From a virus (Duplodnaviria; Caudoviricetes): a DNA stretch of 64,000 bases. The first letter of the stretch is position 1; each line of letters begins with the position of its first letter. The stretch lies in the IMG/VR virus record IMGVR_UViG_3300037423_001433, positions 1-64,000 of that record, one strand, 5' to 3'. The translations under genes were made by a program, and so were the position numbers. The notes below the pieces were generated by a model that was given only the letters and a program-made list of their open reading frames with translations, had not been told where the DNA came from and ran no database searches. This document shows positions 7,842-17,414 of this stretch, in pieces.

Positions 7842-9585
7842 CTTATCTAAAGAACATAAAACTGGATGTCCACGTTGTATAAGAAACGGAAGAGATAAAT
7901 CAAAAAACAATCTACACGTTTATGCTCAATCTCGTTCTGCGTATTGTTGGAGTTGTGGTTGGTGCATTGCTAGCGAAAAGCACAAGAAAAAAATGGGTTG
8001 GGATGTATATGAGTATGACGATGAGGAAGTAATGACGAAGGAATTAATCACAGAAGAAGAACAAGTAAAAGTAAAATCGTATACAGGAACTTCTGGACAA
8101 AATTTTAGGGGTATATCGGATGAAACATATAAAACTTATGCAGTACGTTTTAAATATGATGAAGAGACAGGGGAAGTAGTAGAGTGTTATTATCCATATA
8201 CCCAAGATTACAAAGCAGCAGGATATAAAGTAAGGTGTATTCCAAAAGATTTTTATAGCATTGGAAAAATTGGAAAACATTCAGAATTGTTTGGGCAATG
8301 GAAGTGGAAAGATACACGATCTAAGTATGTCTTATTGTGTGCTGGAGAGCTGGATGCTTTAAGTGCATACCAAATGTTTGAAAACTACAGGAAGACCAAG
8401 GGAAGTGATTTTGATCCTATTCCGGTTGTTTCTAGCGCGATAGGGGAAACAGGAAGTTATAAGCAAATACAAATACAATATAACTGGCTAAATCAGTTTG
8501 AACGTATTGTGGTTTGCTATGACAATGATGAGGCTGGAAAAGAGGCTGTAAAAAATCTTGTTGATGTAATCCCAAAAGGGAAAATGTTTGTGATGAAGCT
8601 TTCTCTGAAGGATGCTAATGAGTATTTAGAAAAAGATAAAGAGAAGCAATTTCTTCGTGCTTTTTATGACGCTCCAGCATATAGCCCAGACGGAATAGTT
8701 GGCAGCGGAAGTCTGGGCGCTAAAATTAGAGAGGCAGCTGCAATTCCTAAAATTCCTCTTCCTCCATTTATGCATAAAGTGCAAAAACAGATGGCTGGAG
8801 GAATCCCATTAGGTGTGATTGTTAATCTAGGAAGCGCCTCTGGAACAGGTAAGTCCACTATTGCAGATGAGTGTACATATTATTGGATATTTAATAGTCC
8901 ACATAAAATTGGGGTCTTATCTCTTGAATCGGACGCAGGACAATATGGCACGAAAGTCTTATCTCGGCACGTTGGGCGTAAGATTGATTTGATAGAAACT
9001 CCAGAAGAAAAACTTGAATATCTGAACAGTGACTATGTTTTGCAAAAAGAAGAGGAGCTTTGGAAACTACCTGATGGAACTGATCGTTGGCATTTAATTG
9101 AAGACCGTGATGGTGGGTTGGAATCTATTAAAGAGCTGATCATGGAGCTTATTGTTTCATGTGGGTGTAAAGTTATTATTATCGACCCATTGCAGGATTT
9201 GATGGATGGTCTATCTGTAGATGACCAAGCAGTGTTTCAACGTTGGATGAAAGGGCTGTTGAAATCCCATGCGGTTACTTTTGTAAATATTAATCACACA
9301 CGTAAGACACCTCAAGGAGGAAAGCAAGGAAGCACCGGGGCGGATTTACATGAAGAAGATTTCTTGGGCAGTTCAAGTATATTTAAAAGTGCTGCATGTA
9401 ATCTGTTATTTACAAGAAACAAAGAAGCAGAAGATGAAATTGAAAGAAACACAACTTACATGAAAATGACTAAATGCAGGTGGACTGGCAATACAGGGAT
9501 GAGTGGGCAATATTATTACGATAATCCTACACATACTTTGTGGGATAAAGATGACTACATGCAAGCGCATCCACAAACTTTTTAA
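7813..9585 (+). CDS. T7 gp4-like DNA primase-helicase
   Basis: Zn finger CPRC...CWSC, TOPRIM (GELDA, YDND), Walker A SASGTGKST, IIIDPL Walker B. Confidence 0.95.
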   Translation: MDLAQKYGIDLSKEHKTGCPRCIRNGRDKSKNNLHVYAQSRSAYCWSCGWCIASEKHKKKMGWDVYEYDDEEVMTKELITEEEQVKVKSYTGTSGQNFRGISDETYKTYAVRFKYDEETGEVVECYYPYTQDYKAAGYKVRCIPKDFYSIGKIGKHSELFGQWKWKDTRSKYVLLCAGELDALSAYQMFENYRKTKGSDFDPIPVVSSAIGETGSYKQIQIQYNWLNQFERIVVCYDNDEAGKEAVKNLVDVIPKGKMFVMKLSLKDANEYLEKDKEKQFLRAFYDAPAYSPDGIVGSGSLGAKIREAAAIPKIPLPPFMHKVQKQMAGGIPLGVIVNLGSASGTGKSTIADECTYYWIFNSPHKIGVLSLESDAGQYGTKVLSRHVGRKIDLIETPEEKLEYLNSDYVLQKEEELWKLPDGTDRWHLIEDRDGGLESIKELIMELIVSCGCKVIIIDPLQDLMDGLSVDDQAVFQRWMKGLLKSHAVTFVNINHTRKTPQGGKQGSTGADLHEEDFLGSSSIFKSAACNLLFTRNKEAEDEIERNTTYMKMTKCRWTGNTGMSGQYYYDNPTHTLWDKDDYMQAHPQTF

Positions 9586-9602
9586 ATAATTGTAATTTAC
9601 AG

Positions 9603-9631
9603 TTGACAATAATCAAAATTTGCTCTATAAT
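9603..9631 (+). promoter_or_regulatory. sigma70 consensus promoter
   Basis: TTGACA-17 nt-TATAAT. Confidence 0.85.
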
Positions 9632-9678
9632 GTGAATTACAAAATTAATTAACACACCAAACCTGAAGGAGGAGCAAC

Positions 9679-9840
9679 ATGGATAAAATTCAACTACTTT
9701 CTCTCGTAACAGCTTTGTATCTAGTAATTCAAGTATTCTTTTTCACTACACATGGGAAGGCGTATACGTTTGTTTTTAAAGTAGTCCCTCTTTGCTTGGC
9801 TTTCCTGCTAGGACATTTTGCCCTCGTTGGGCATATTTAA
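9679..9840 (+). CDS. 53-aa two-TM membrane protein, not in the ORF track
   Basis: GGAGGAG RBS; MDKIQLLSLVTALYLVIQVFFFTTHGKAYTFVFKVVPLCLAFLLGHFALVGHI. Confidence 0.75.
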   Translation: MDKIQLLSLVTALYLVIQVFFFTTHGKAYTFVFKVVPLCLAFLLGHFALVGHI

Positions 9841-9843
9841 AGG

Positions 9844-10122
9844 ATGGATATGGAATATTCTCTGATGCAAAGCCAGTTAAAGCTTAATAGCGGCATTTTA
9901 CGTATAAAATATACTCATAAAAGGGCTTTAAGACTTATTGCTAGAACTTATAAAGTAGCTAAAAATCATGCTGAAGCAGAATATTGTTATAAAAAGCTTG
10001 ATAAGCTGACTAAAGAAATAAAACGATTAGAACAAGTTCAAAAAGCTCTTAAAGAGGATATGCGAGGACATACACGGCACATGCGTTTAGTGAACAGAAT
10101 GATTGATATTTACGTGGAGTGA
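9844..10122 (+). CDS. basic hypothetical protein
   Basis: 92-aa ORF in operon. Confidence 0.65.
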   Translation: MDMEYSLMQSQLKLNSGILRIKYTHKRALRLIARTYKVAKNHAEAEYCYKKLDKLTKEIKRLEQVQKALKEDMRGHTRHMRLVNRMIDIYVE

Positions 10123-10125
10123 ATA

Positions 10126-10524
10126 ATGTCAAATAAATTTAAAAACATGAAGATTAAGACTAACGGTAGAGAGCATGTTAGCAAAGTTGTTTTTGCCCTG
10201 CTTGAGTTGGGGTATAAGCAAGCTAATGGATCATCAGACTATTTTAATGGAGAAGTAAAATGGTTTTTTACAGATGAAAGAAATGGAATGATAAAACTTT
10301 CTTTCAATGATAAATTTGGGCAAGGACATTCACATCCAACGTATTTTCTTTCAGCGATGGACGAGTTTTTGCCACGTATTCAGACGCCTCAATTTGAAGT
10401 AAAACCATGTGCGCACGCTTATGCCGCAGAGCATATTAAAACAGAAGCTGAAAGATTGCGTCCGCTTATTGAACAGATTGTGCGTGAACAAATGGCGCAT
10501 TTAAAATTAATTTATGACAAATGA
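10126..10524 (+). CDS. hypothetical protein
   Basis: 132-aa ORF, GGAG RBS. Confidence 0.65.
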   Translation: MSNKFKNMKIKTNGREHVSKVVFALLELGYKQANGSSDYFNGEVKWFFTDERNGMIKLSFNDKFGQGHSHPTYFLSAMDEFLPRIQTPQFEVKPCAHAYAAEHIKTEAERLRPLIEQIVREQMAHLKLIYDK

Positions 10525-11126
10525 CAACAATTGTAACGATTCATGGACATGGTTCTTCTCCTGAAAGTTTTAATTACATAAAAGAGTTTCTTGAAGGATT
10601 TAATATAGTAGATTTGTCTTATGACAGTTCATATGGTTTTGAAAGTAATCTTCTAGCTCTTTCTGAAAAACTTTCACAAATAGACGATAAAATTATTTTT
10701 ATAGGGCATAGTTTAGGTGGAATTTATTGTGCTCATCTAGCACTACTATTTCCAGAGAAAACTTTTGGAGGGGCTACTTTAGCAACTCCTTGGGGTGGTT
10801 GTTTTGCAGGGCTTTTTCTTAGGTTTATTTGGCCTGCCAGAGTGTTTAAAGATATTACGCCTACAAGTTTGCCTATTTGCACATTATTGAATAAAACACT
10901 TCCGGGTAAATGGTTTAGTGTTGTCACAACAAAAGGGTATAATAAATGGTTGCTTGGGGATAATGATGGTGTGGTAAGTAAAGTTTCTATGATGACTAGA
11001 ACAGATGTTGAATACATTGAAAGTGACACAGGACATATTGGTGTCTTGCTAAGTTCAAAAGTCGTTCAACAAATAAAAGGAGCTTTACTAGCTATTGAAA
11101 TAATGAGTGGCAAGTTATGCGTTTAG
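10521..11126 (+). CDS. alpha/beta-fold hydrolase (esterase/lipase-like)
   Basis: IHG oxyanion strand, GHSLGG nucleophile elbow, NDGVV and GH acid/His motifs. Confidence 0.85.
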   Translation: MTTIVTIHGHGSSPESFNYIKEFLEGFNIVDLSYDSSYGFESNLLALSEKLSQIDDKIIFIGHSLGGIYCAHLALLFPEKTFGGATLATPWGGCFAGLFLRFIWPARVFKDITPTSLPICTLLNKTLPGKWFSVVTTKGYNKWLLGDNDGVVSKVSMMTRTDVEYIESDTGHIGVLLSSKVVQQIKGALLAIEIMSGKLCV

Positions 11127-13570
11127 TCTTTGATAAAGAAACTTCTGATTTATTGAACTCTAATTCTGTCGATTACACAGCATCTCCTTATAAGCTCAAA
11201 GATAGTTTTAAGGTTCATTCTACAGTTTTTATCAATGCTGACAAACCTGAAGAAGAATTTATATTTGTAGGTGATGAGACAAAACGTGTAAAAGAGTTTA
11301 TTCTTGATACTGCGACTGAGCTTATAGGACATAACATAATCAACTTCGATTTGATGGTCGGTAAAGCGGCCTTTGGAGCAGAATTCAAGATTGGAGTGAA
11401 TCAGGGCAGGCGTAACGAGAAATTTTATGATACGGGCAGGGATAGCTATTGTGGAAAGCCTATAACCATCACAGACACATTGGTGATGTCAAAAACTTTA
11501 AATCCTGATCGTGTAGCCCACAGCATTGAATATTTTGGTAAGTTGCATGGTGAAGAGAAGATTGATTGGAGGGCTAAAGCTATTCAGCTTGGTTTGATCA
11601 AGCATGATGCACCAGCTGGAGCAGAATTTAAAGAATATCATCCTGAAATGCTTGTATATAACAAGCAGGACGTGCGTTCTAACTTGAAGACATGGAAATT
11701 TTTACTTAGAGAGTGGGGAGACTGGGATTGGCGAGATGCTTATGAGCTTGAGAAGAAAGTTGCATTTATTATTGTGCATCAAGAGCATCGTGGATTTTGG
11801 TTCGATAAAGAAAAAGCGATTGAACATGTAAAAGAGCTTGATGAGAAAATGGAAGCATTGCGTCAAGTGGTTGAGCCATTAATTCCGCCAAAACCCCTTG
11901 GAATTACAGCAGCAAAACAGTATATTCCTCCTGTCAAACAATTTAAGAAAGACGGAACACCCAATGCGCACATCACAAATTTTGTGGAAAAGCATGGTGG
12001 TAAGATTGAGTTTGATCCGGGGCTAACTGAGGGACAAGATAGATATGTAACAACTTTATATGAAAAAGATTATATTCTTCCAATCCCACAAAGTCCCATC
12101 GTAACTCATTGCGCTGCTAAAATAAATGACACAACGCATATTAAAGGTTGGTTAGTGGAGTTAGGTTGGAATCCTTCAGCATATAAAGAAAGGGATTTGA
12201 CAGTTGACAGTAAAAAGCATAAACTGACGAAGGAGCAATATATTGCCACATGTGATCGATATATCGAACAGACATTAAATAGTCCGTTCAAAAAAGATCG
12301 CATGGAGTTGTTGGAGGTTGAGAGTGAAGCAGAGTTTAAAACAAAACTTTATAAGCACGATCATCTAAAGCGTCCTCTGAAGGTTTATACCAATCCTACA
12401 TTGACTGTAGGTATGGAAAAGGAAATAGACCCGAACTTACTATTGTTGGCAGATAAATTTTCTCACGCAAAGGACGTTTCTGATTACCTAACTTATCGTC
12501 ATCGAAGAAACAGTATTCTTGGAGGTGGTATTGATCCAGACGATGAAGATGAAGAAGCGTCTAAGGGATGGTTGAGTGTTGAACGAATAAATATTGACCA
12601 TCGCATTCCAACTCCTGCTGACACATGTGGTGCTGGTACTAGTCGATTTAAACATCGTCTAGTGGCTAACATTCCTCGTGTGACTTCTCCGTATGGAAAA
12701 GAGATGCGGGAGTTGTTTGGAGTTGATGTTGCCGATGGATTTTTTCAACTCGGGTATGACTTCGCAAGTTTGGAGGCAATGGTTGAAGCACATTTTTGCT
12801 GGCTTTATGATAATGAAGATAAAACGTATTGTAAATCTCTAACACTAGAAAAACCGAATGATGTGCACACAATTACTGCCAAAAAAATATCGGAAGTTTT
12901 AGGAAGAGAATTTAAGCGAACCCCTTCAAAGAATGTGAAATATTGCTGTGCATATGGAGGTCAACCAAAACGTGTAGCGAAGACAGTTGGTTGCAGTTTG
13001 ATGGACGGTGAGATTATTTTTAATGCTTATTGGGAAGCTGCACAACCGCTGGCAAAGCTCATGGATAAGCTTAAAAACCACTGGGAAAAAGTAGGTGGTA
13101 AAAAGTTTATCAAAGGAATTGACGGTAGAAAAATTCCAACTCGATCTGCAGGAGCTTTAGTGAATTCTCTATTCCAATCAACAGGGGTTATCTGTGCTAA
13201 AAGAGCAATGGTAATTCACTATGATATGCTTGAAGAAAGAGGTTTGTTAGTAGATTTTTGGGAAGACGATTGGAAAAGATTGGCCTTCGTACAGCAGCTG
13301 ATAGCCTATCATGACGAGGGCCAGATGGAGGTGCATAAATCTCTGATAAAATGGAAACGATTTGACACAGAAGAAAAAGCTAAAGAGTTTAAAAAAGCTA
13401 ACCAAACTTGGTCAGAAATTGGACACTCTGAAAGAGGATATTATCTTGGTTGGTGTGAAGCAGGGGAACTAATTCAAAAAGCTGTAAGAGACACAAGCAC
13501 ATACTATAAATTAAATGTGACTTTATCGGCGGATTATATTTTGGGGCGTAATTGGGCAGAATGCCATTAA
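11117..13570 (+). CDS. polA: family A DNA polymerase with 3'-5' exonuclease
   Basis: GHNIINFD ExoII, YNKQDV ExoIII, motif A GYDFASLE, motif B RTPSKNVKYCCAYG, motif C YHDE. Confidence 0.95.
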   Translation: MRLVFDKETSDLLNSNSVDYTASPYKLKDSFKVHSTVFINADKPEEEFIFVGDETKRVKEFILDTATELIGHNIINFDLMVGKAAFGAEFKIGVNQGRRNEKFYDTGRDSYCGKPITITDTLVMSKTLNPDRVAHSIEYFGKLHGEEKIDWRAKAIQLGLIKHDAPAGAEFKEYHPEMLVYNKQDVRSNLKTWKFLLREWGDWDWRDAYELEKKVAFIIVHQEHRGFWFDKEKAIEHVKELDEKMEALRQVVEPLIPPKPLGITAAKQYIPPVKQFKKDGTPNAHITNFVEKHGGKIEFDPGLTEGQDRYVTTLYEKDYILPIPQSPIVTHCAAKINDTTHIKGWLVELGWNPSAYKERDLTVDSKKHKLTKEQYIATCDRYIEQTLNSPFKKDRMELLEVESEAEFKTKLYKHDHLKRPLKVYTNPTLTVGMEKEIDPNLLLLADKFSHAKDVSDYLTYRHRRNSILGGGIDPDDEDEEASKGWLSVERINIDHRIPTPADTCGAGTSRFKHRLVANIPRVTSPYGKEMRELFGVDVADGFFQLGYDFASLEAMVEAHFCWLYDNEDKTYCKSLTLEKPNDVHTITAKKISEVLGREFKRTPSKNVKYCCAYGGQPKRVAKTVGCSLMDGEIIFNAYWEAAQPLAKLMDKLKNHWEKVGGKKFIKGIDGRKIPTRSAGALVNSLFQSTGVICAKRAMVIHYDMLEERGLLVDFWEDDWKRLAFVQQLIAYHDEGQMEVHKSLIKWKRFDTEEKAKEFKKANQTWSEIGHSERGYYLGWCEAGELIQKAVRDTSTYYKLNVTLSADYILGRNWAECH

Positions 13571-13571
13571 C

Positions 13572-14048
13572 ATGCAATTAAGTGAGTTATTTTATTGTTC
13601 AGAAGGGAGTCTCCAGATGCCACGTAAGATAGTAAAACGAAGAGGCGTCTCCCATTTGAAGAAGCCCTACATTGGAAGAGAGCCGGGAGCTTTACGGAGA
13701 GGACATGCAACAGAGTATAAAAAAACCCTTCGCAAGCCTACAGAACAAGATTGGCAAAAACTTGTTCAAGCCGCAATGGAAGGAATTATTGATGGGAAAG
13801 AGAATATTTTGATCTCATTTAGCCACTTAGTTATTCTTCCTTTAGACTTTCCTGCTGGCTGGATAATGTGGAAGCATGAGCGTAATGACATTAGAAAAAT
13901 AAATTGTAATAAGCTTTTAAATTGGTTACATAAAGAAGGGCATACTGAAATAACGCCTTTGATGCTTAATTATGAAAAAGGGCGTTTTAGTAAAGAGTTT
14001 AGTGAATTATTTAATAAATTAGAAGGAAGTTTTGATGAGGGGATTTGA
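13572..14048 (+). CDS. hypothetical protein
   Basis: 158-aa ORF directly after pol. Confidence 0.65.
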   Translation: MQLSELFYCSEGSLQMPRKIVKRRGVSHLKKPYIGREPGALRRGHATEYKKTLRKPTEQDWQKLVQAAMEGIIDGKENILISFSHLVILPLDFPAGWIMWKHERNDIRKINCNKLLNWLHKEGHTEITPLMLNYEKGRFSKEFSELFNKLEGSFDEGI

Positions 14049-14655
14049 AAATAAAGGGACTAAGCCTGCTGAGTTTCCAAATGACACTAAGGTTATAGTA
14101 CTCCTTAATGATGGAACAGTGGCAGCTGGAGAATTGGATGTCTTTACATGGGAAATTGATGGCGAAGATTATAATATTAAAAAATGGTGGCTTTTTGACG
14201 AGCTAGCAGACAGCTATGAAGCACGAGAAGATAGTCTTAATACAAATCCAAAAGCAGCACATGGAATTAAGTCTCTTCCAGTGTCTTTGCTCTCTCCGTT
14301 AGCTATTGTTTTAGGTAGCTTGGGTAAGTTAAATGGTAAGCTGAAATATGGCGGTGCAAATTACATTGGAACGGAAGTAGTTGCATCAATTTATATTGAA
14401 GCTATCCTTCGCCACATTTTTAAATATCTTCTTGGGGAAGATGTAGACGAAGTTGATAAAGTTCCACACCTAGGAGCTATTATTGCTGACTGTGATATCT
14501 TGGCGAGTGCAGCAGCCGCAGGAACTCTTATTGATGATAGGTTGCGTTGTGATGGACAACTAGAAGCAATTAAAGCTTTGATGCCACTTGTGCAAAGTCT
14601 ACAAGAGCTTCATAAAGATAAAAATCCGAAACACTATTACATGAAAGATAAATAA
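14032..14655 (+). CDS. dATP/dGTP diphosphohydrolase-domain protein (DUF5664-like)
   Basis: TNPKAAHGIKSLPVSLL...GKLKYGGANY...EAILRH...GED-x-D...PHLGAIIA pattern. Confidence 0.7.
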   Translation: MMRGFENKGTKPAEFPNDTKVIVLLNDGTVAAGELDVFTWEIDGEDYNIKKWWLFDELADSYEAREDSLNTNPKAAHGIKSLPVSLLSPLAIVLGSLGKLNGKLKYGGANYIGTEVVASIYIEAILRHIFKYLLGEDVDEVDKVPHLGAIIADCDILASAAAAGTLIDDRLRCDGQLEAIKALMPLVQSLQELHKDKNPKHYYMKDK

Positions 14656-14703
14656 TGAACACAGAAAAATTTGTCGGCAATACATTGATTCAGTTTTGGA
14701 GGA

Positions 14704-14964
14704 ATGATGTCTGTATATACCCTCGCATTTTGCACAAGCTTTATTTTTATTGGGTTGAAATCGTGGCAGCAATTGAACGTGGTTCATAAGAAATTCTGGT
14801 GGATTGTTCCAACTTCTATGAGTATGGCAATTTGTGAGGTGTTTATTATTGCTTCTGCAGCCAAAAATGGATGGGGTTGGATAGTGCTTCCAATTGGTCT
14901 TGGAGGAGGTTTGGGCAGTTTAAGCAGCACTTGGTTGCATTATAAGTTTTTAGAGAAAGAATAA
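14704..14964 (+). CDS. small multi-TM membrane protein
   Basis: three hydrophobic segments, GLGGGLGS helix. Confidence 0.7.
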   Translation: MMSVYTLAFCTSFIFIGLKSWQQLNVVHKKFWWIVPTSMSMAICEVFIIASAAKNGWGWIVLPIGLGGGLGSLSSTWLHYKFLEKE

Positions 14965-14970
14965 TTTAGA

Positions 14971-15642
14971 ATGACAAGATACACGGGTGCACCAATTCTG
15001 CACTTTGAAGAAAATACAAAAGGTAAGGACTATGTAGTAGGAGATATTCACGGCTGTTTTGCAAAACTTGAAGCAGAATTGGAAGAGATTGGTTTTAATC
15101 CAGAAGTAGATCGTTTATTTTCAGTGGGAGATTTAGTAGATCGCGGCGCACAATCTGAAGAAGCGCTAGATTGGCTTGCAAAACCTTGGTTCTGGTCTGT
15201 GCGTGGAAATCATGAGCAAATGGCAATTGGTTATGTTGAATATGGAGATAACGGGTATTATGCATATAATGGTGGTAAATGGATGATGGATTTGCCACGT
15301 GAGCATGGAAAACTGTTTGCTGATACTTTTAAAATGCTTCCATTTGTTATTGATATCAAAGTAAGTGATAGACTTTATGGAATTGTGCATGCTGGCCCTT
15401 CTGTCAGTGATTGGAATGATTTTGAAGAAGCATTAACTAATGAGTTTAAAGAAGCACATCAAAACGTCTGCATGTGGAGCAGAGATAGGATCAATCAAAA
15501 CTACAAAGGTTTTATTGAAAATGTTGAACTGATATATGTCGGCCACACTCCATTGAAAGATGTCAAGGTATTAGGCAACGTGATCTATATAGACACTGGT
15601 GCTTGTTTTGGTGGAAAACTAACGATATTAGAGATATATTGA
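14971..15642 (+). CDS. Ser/Thr protein phosphatase (lambda NinI-like metallophosphoesterase)
   Basis: GDIHG, GDLVDRG, RGNHE, VGHTP, IDTG motifs. Confidence 0.93.
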   Translation: MTRYTGAPILHFEENTKGKDYVVGDIHGCFAKLEAELEEIGFNPEVDRLFSVGDLVDRGAQSEEALDWLAKPWFWSVRGNHEQMAIGYVEYGDNGYYAYNGGKWMMDLPREHGKLFADTFKMLPFVIDIKVSDRLYGIVHAGPSVSDWNDFEEALTNEFKEAHQNVCMWSRDRINQNYKGFIENVELIYVGHTPLKDVKVLGNVIYIDTGACFGGKLTILEIY

Positions 15643-15649
15643 GGAGAAA

Positions 15650-15904
15650 ATGGGGAGATATCACACAAAAGGAGAATATTGGAAATCTTTTCCAATCACA
15701 ATTCCAGACCCAGTATTAAAAGATGATCTTGAAGTTGAATGCTGGTTTTATTTTTATAAGGCCACTGCATTTGACGCAGCATATGTTGATCTAATTGATG
15801 TACGCTGGGAAGGAACTTCGATATGCAATGATTTTAACGCAGCACAGTGGAAGAATATTGAGAGTTTGCTTTTAGCTGAATGTTTAAATAATTCTCATAA
15901 ATGA
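15650..15904 (+). CDS. hypothetical protein
   Basis: GAGGAG RBS. Confidence 0.65.
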   Translation: MGRYHTKGEYWKSFPITIPDPVLKDDLEVECWFYFYKATAFDAAYVDLIDVRWEGTSICNDFNAAQWKNIESLLLAECLNNSHK

Positions 15905-15907
15905 GAA
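15892..15907. promoter_or_regulatory. palindromic putative operator, copy 2
   Basis: TTCTCATAAATGAGAA spanning an ATGA stop/start overlap. Confidence 0.55.
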
Positions 15908-16110
15908 AAGGAGAAGTGATGTATTACGAAATGAGAGATATTTCTAAACGTGTGAATGAGTTAAGTACTAAACGACAAAACGCAGACGCAGTTTGTAAGA
16001 AATTGAATGCAGAATTCCATGCAAGCTTTTACGCTAACAAAAACGATGTGTGGGTAAGCTACATGGAAAACGGAAAACCACAGTGTCAAAACCTTGGCAC
16101 TTTTATTTGA
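15901..16110 (+). CDS. hypothetical protein
   Basis: 69-aa ORF in operon. Confidence 0.55.
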   Translation: MRKGEVMYYEMRDISKRVNELSTKRQNADAVCKKLNAEFHASFYANKNDVWVSYMENGKPQCQNLGTFI

Positions 16111-16118
16111 AAGAAAGT

Positions 16119-16397
16119 ATGGAAGAAAATAAACTAGAAGAAAAGATTAATAAATGTAATAATGTTGTGGAAAAAATTCATAACATGCTTGTTGATGAGC
16201 ACATGTCATTTGATGAAATTTTTTCAGTTCTTGTGAGGACATGCGCAATTGAGCTTACTTTGTTTGAATCGAATTTTAATGATCCTCCAGAAGAGCAACA
16301 GAAGTTTATTGATCAGTTCTGTGATGGAATTAAAAAAGAAGCAGAATTTTTTATTGTTAATATGCGAAATCAAGCAGCAAACACAACAAGTAATTAA
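16119..16397 (+). CDS. hypothetical protein
   Basis: in-frame ATG 16119 within ORF 16050-16397. Confidence 0.65.
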   Translation: MEENKLEEKINKCNNVVEKIHNMLVDEHMSFDEIFSVLVRTCAIELTLFESNFNDPPEEQQKFIDQFCDGIKKEAEFFIVNMRNQAANTTSN

Positions 16398-16412
16398 TTA
16401 GGAGAACATTGA

Positions 16413-17099
16413 ATGGCAACAAAAAATAAATCAGAAATCGGTATTTTGAATGGTGTATTTGCATTCGCTAAGATTGCACGTCCAGACTTCAAATATCAAT
16501 CCAAAGACACGGAATATTCAGTCCAAATTATCGTAGATGAAGATGAAGCAGATGAATGGGATGAAAAATTCAAAAAACAACCTGCTAAAAAAATTAAAGT
16601 AGCTGACTTTGAATCTATTTATAAATTTCCTTGTCCAATTCAAGGAGCAAAAAATGTCTATGCAATCACTCTTAAACGTGATGCAGTAGTTGATGGTGAG
16701 GAGTTTTTCCCTGAAACACGCCCGAAAGTTTTGTTGGATACAACTGAAGGTCGTGTGGATATAACTGAAAGCCGACTGATTGCTAATGGAAGTAAAGGTA
16801 AAGTATCTTATCGCGTATCTTCAAATGATTATGGTACATTCGCACGTCTACAAAATATTTTGATGAATGAAGAAGATTTCATTGAATATGAATCCAATTA
16901 TTCAGCAGCGGGTGCAGAATTTGGTGAAGAGAAGCCAGTAACAAAAGAAGCTCCACGCAAAGAAATCACTGAAGCACGTAAACCGCGTGAAGAGCAAGCT
17001 GAAAAAGAAGAGAAACCTATTAAAGAGCCTCAACAAAAATCTCCTAAGAGGGCTTCACGTCCAGTTCAAAATGACATGGATGATGATATCCCATTCTGA
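16413..17099 (+). CDS. single-stranded DNA-binding protein (T7 gp2.5-like)
   Basis: AKIARPD...EYSVQII, NGSKGKV, acidic C-terminal DDDIPF. Confidence 0.8.
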   Translation: MATKNKSEIGILNGVFAFAKIARPDFKYQSKDTEYSVQIIVDEDEADEWDEKFKKQPAKKIKVADFESIYKFPCPIQGAKNVYAITLKRDAVVDGEEFFPETRPKVLLDTTEGRVDITESRLIANGSKGKVSYRVSSNDYGTFARLQNILMNEEDFIEYESNYSAAGAEFGEEKPVTKEAPRKEITEARKPREEQAEKEEKPIKEPQQKSPKRASRPVQNDMDDDIPF

Positions 17100-17111
17100 T
17101 GAAGACATATT

Positions 17112-17135
17112 GCCCCTAAATAACTAGGGGCTTTT
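17112..17135 (+). terminator. rho-independent terminator
   Basis: GCCCCTA-6 nt-TAGGGGC followed by TTTT. Confidence 0.75.
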
Positions 17136-17156
17136 AAAATTTTCTTAGGAAATAAA

Positions 17157-17414
17157 ATGGATTTAGGAAAAATACACAGACTCAGCCAAGCACTGGCAAA
17201 AGTAATTGATGAGTTTCCAGAAGCAACAACATTTGAAGAACGCTCCTATGCAGTTCTTTCCGTAGAAGGCACTATGATTTCAGTGCTGTCTTTGAATCAT
17301 GAGCCTAAAATTGGAAATAAGATGGGTCAATGTGAGCAATTGATTATGTTTGCTGAAGACCAGTTTGAATTAGTAATGAATATTGCGAGAGAGGCAACTA
17401 GAAGGCAAGTATGA
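17157..17414 (+). CDS. hypothetical protein
   Basis: 85-aa ORF, AGGA RBS. Confidence 0.65.
   Translation: MDLGKIHRLSQALAKVIDEFPEATTFEERSYAVLSVEGTMISVLSLNHEPKIGNKMGQCEQLIMFAEDQFELVMNIAREATRRQV

Noticed and set aside
14032-14655. 2-aminoadenine (Z) genome
   Set aside because: No PurZ-like gene in the window; diphosphohydrolase alone is insufficient evidence
14655-14789. 44-aa ORF coupled to the diphosphohydrolase stop
   Set aside because: Overlaps most of the better-supported membrane gene at 14704, which has a GGAGG RBS
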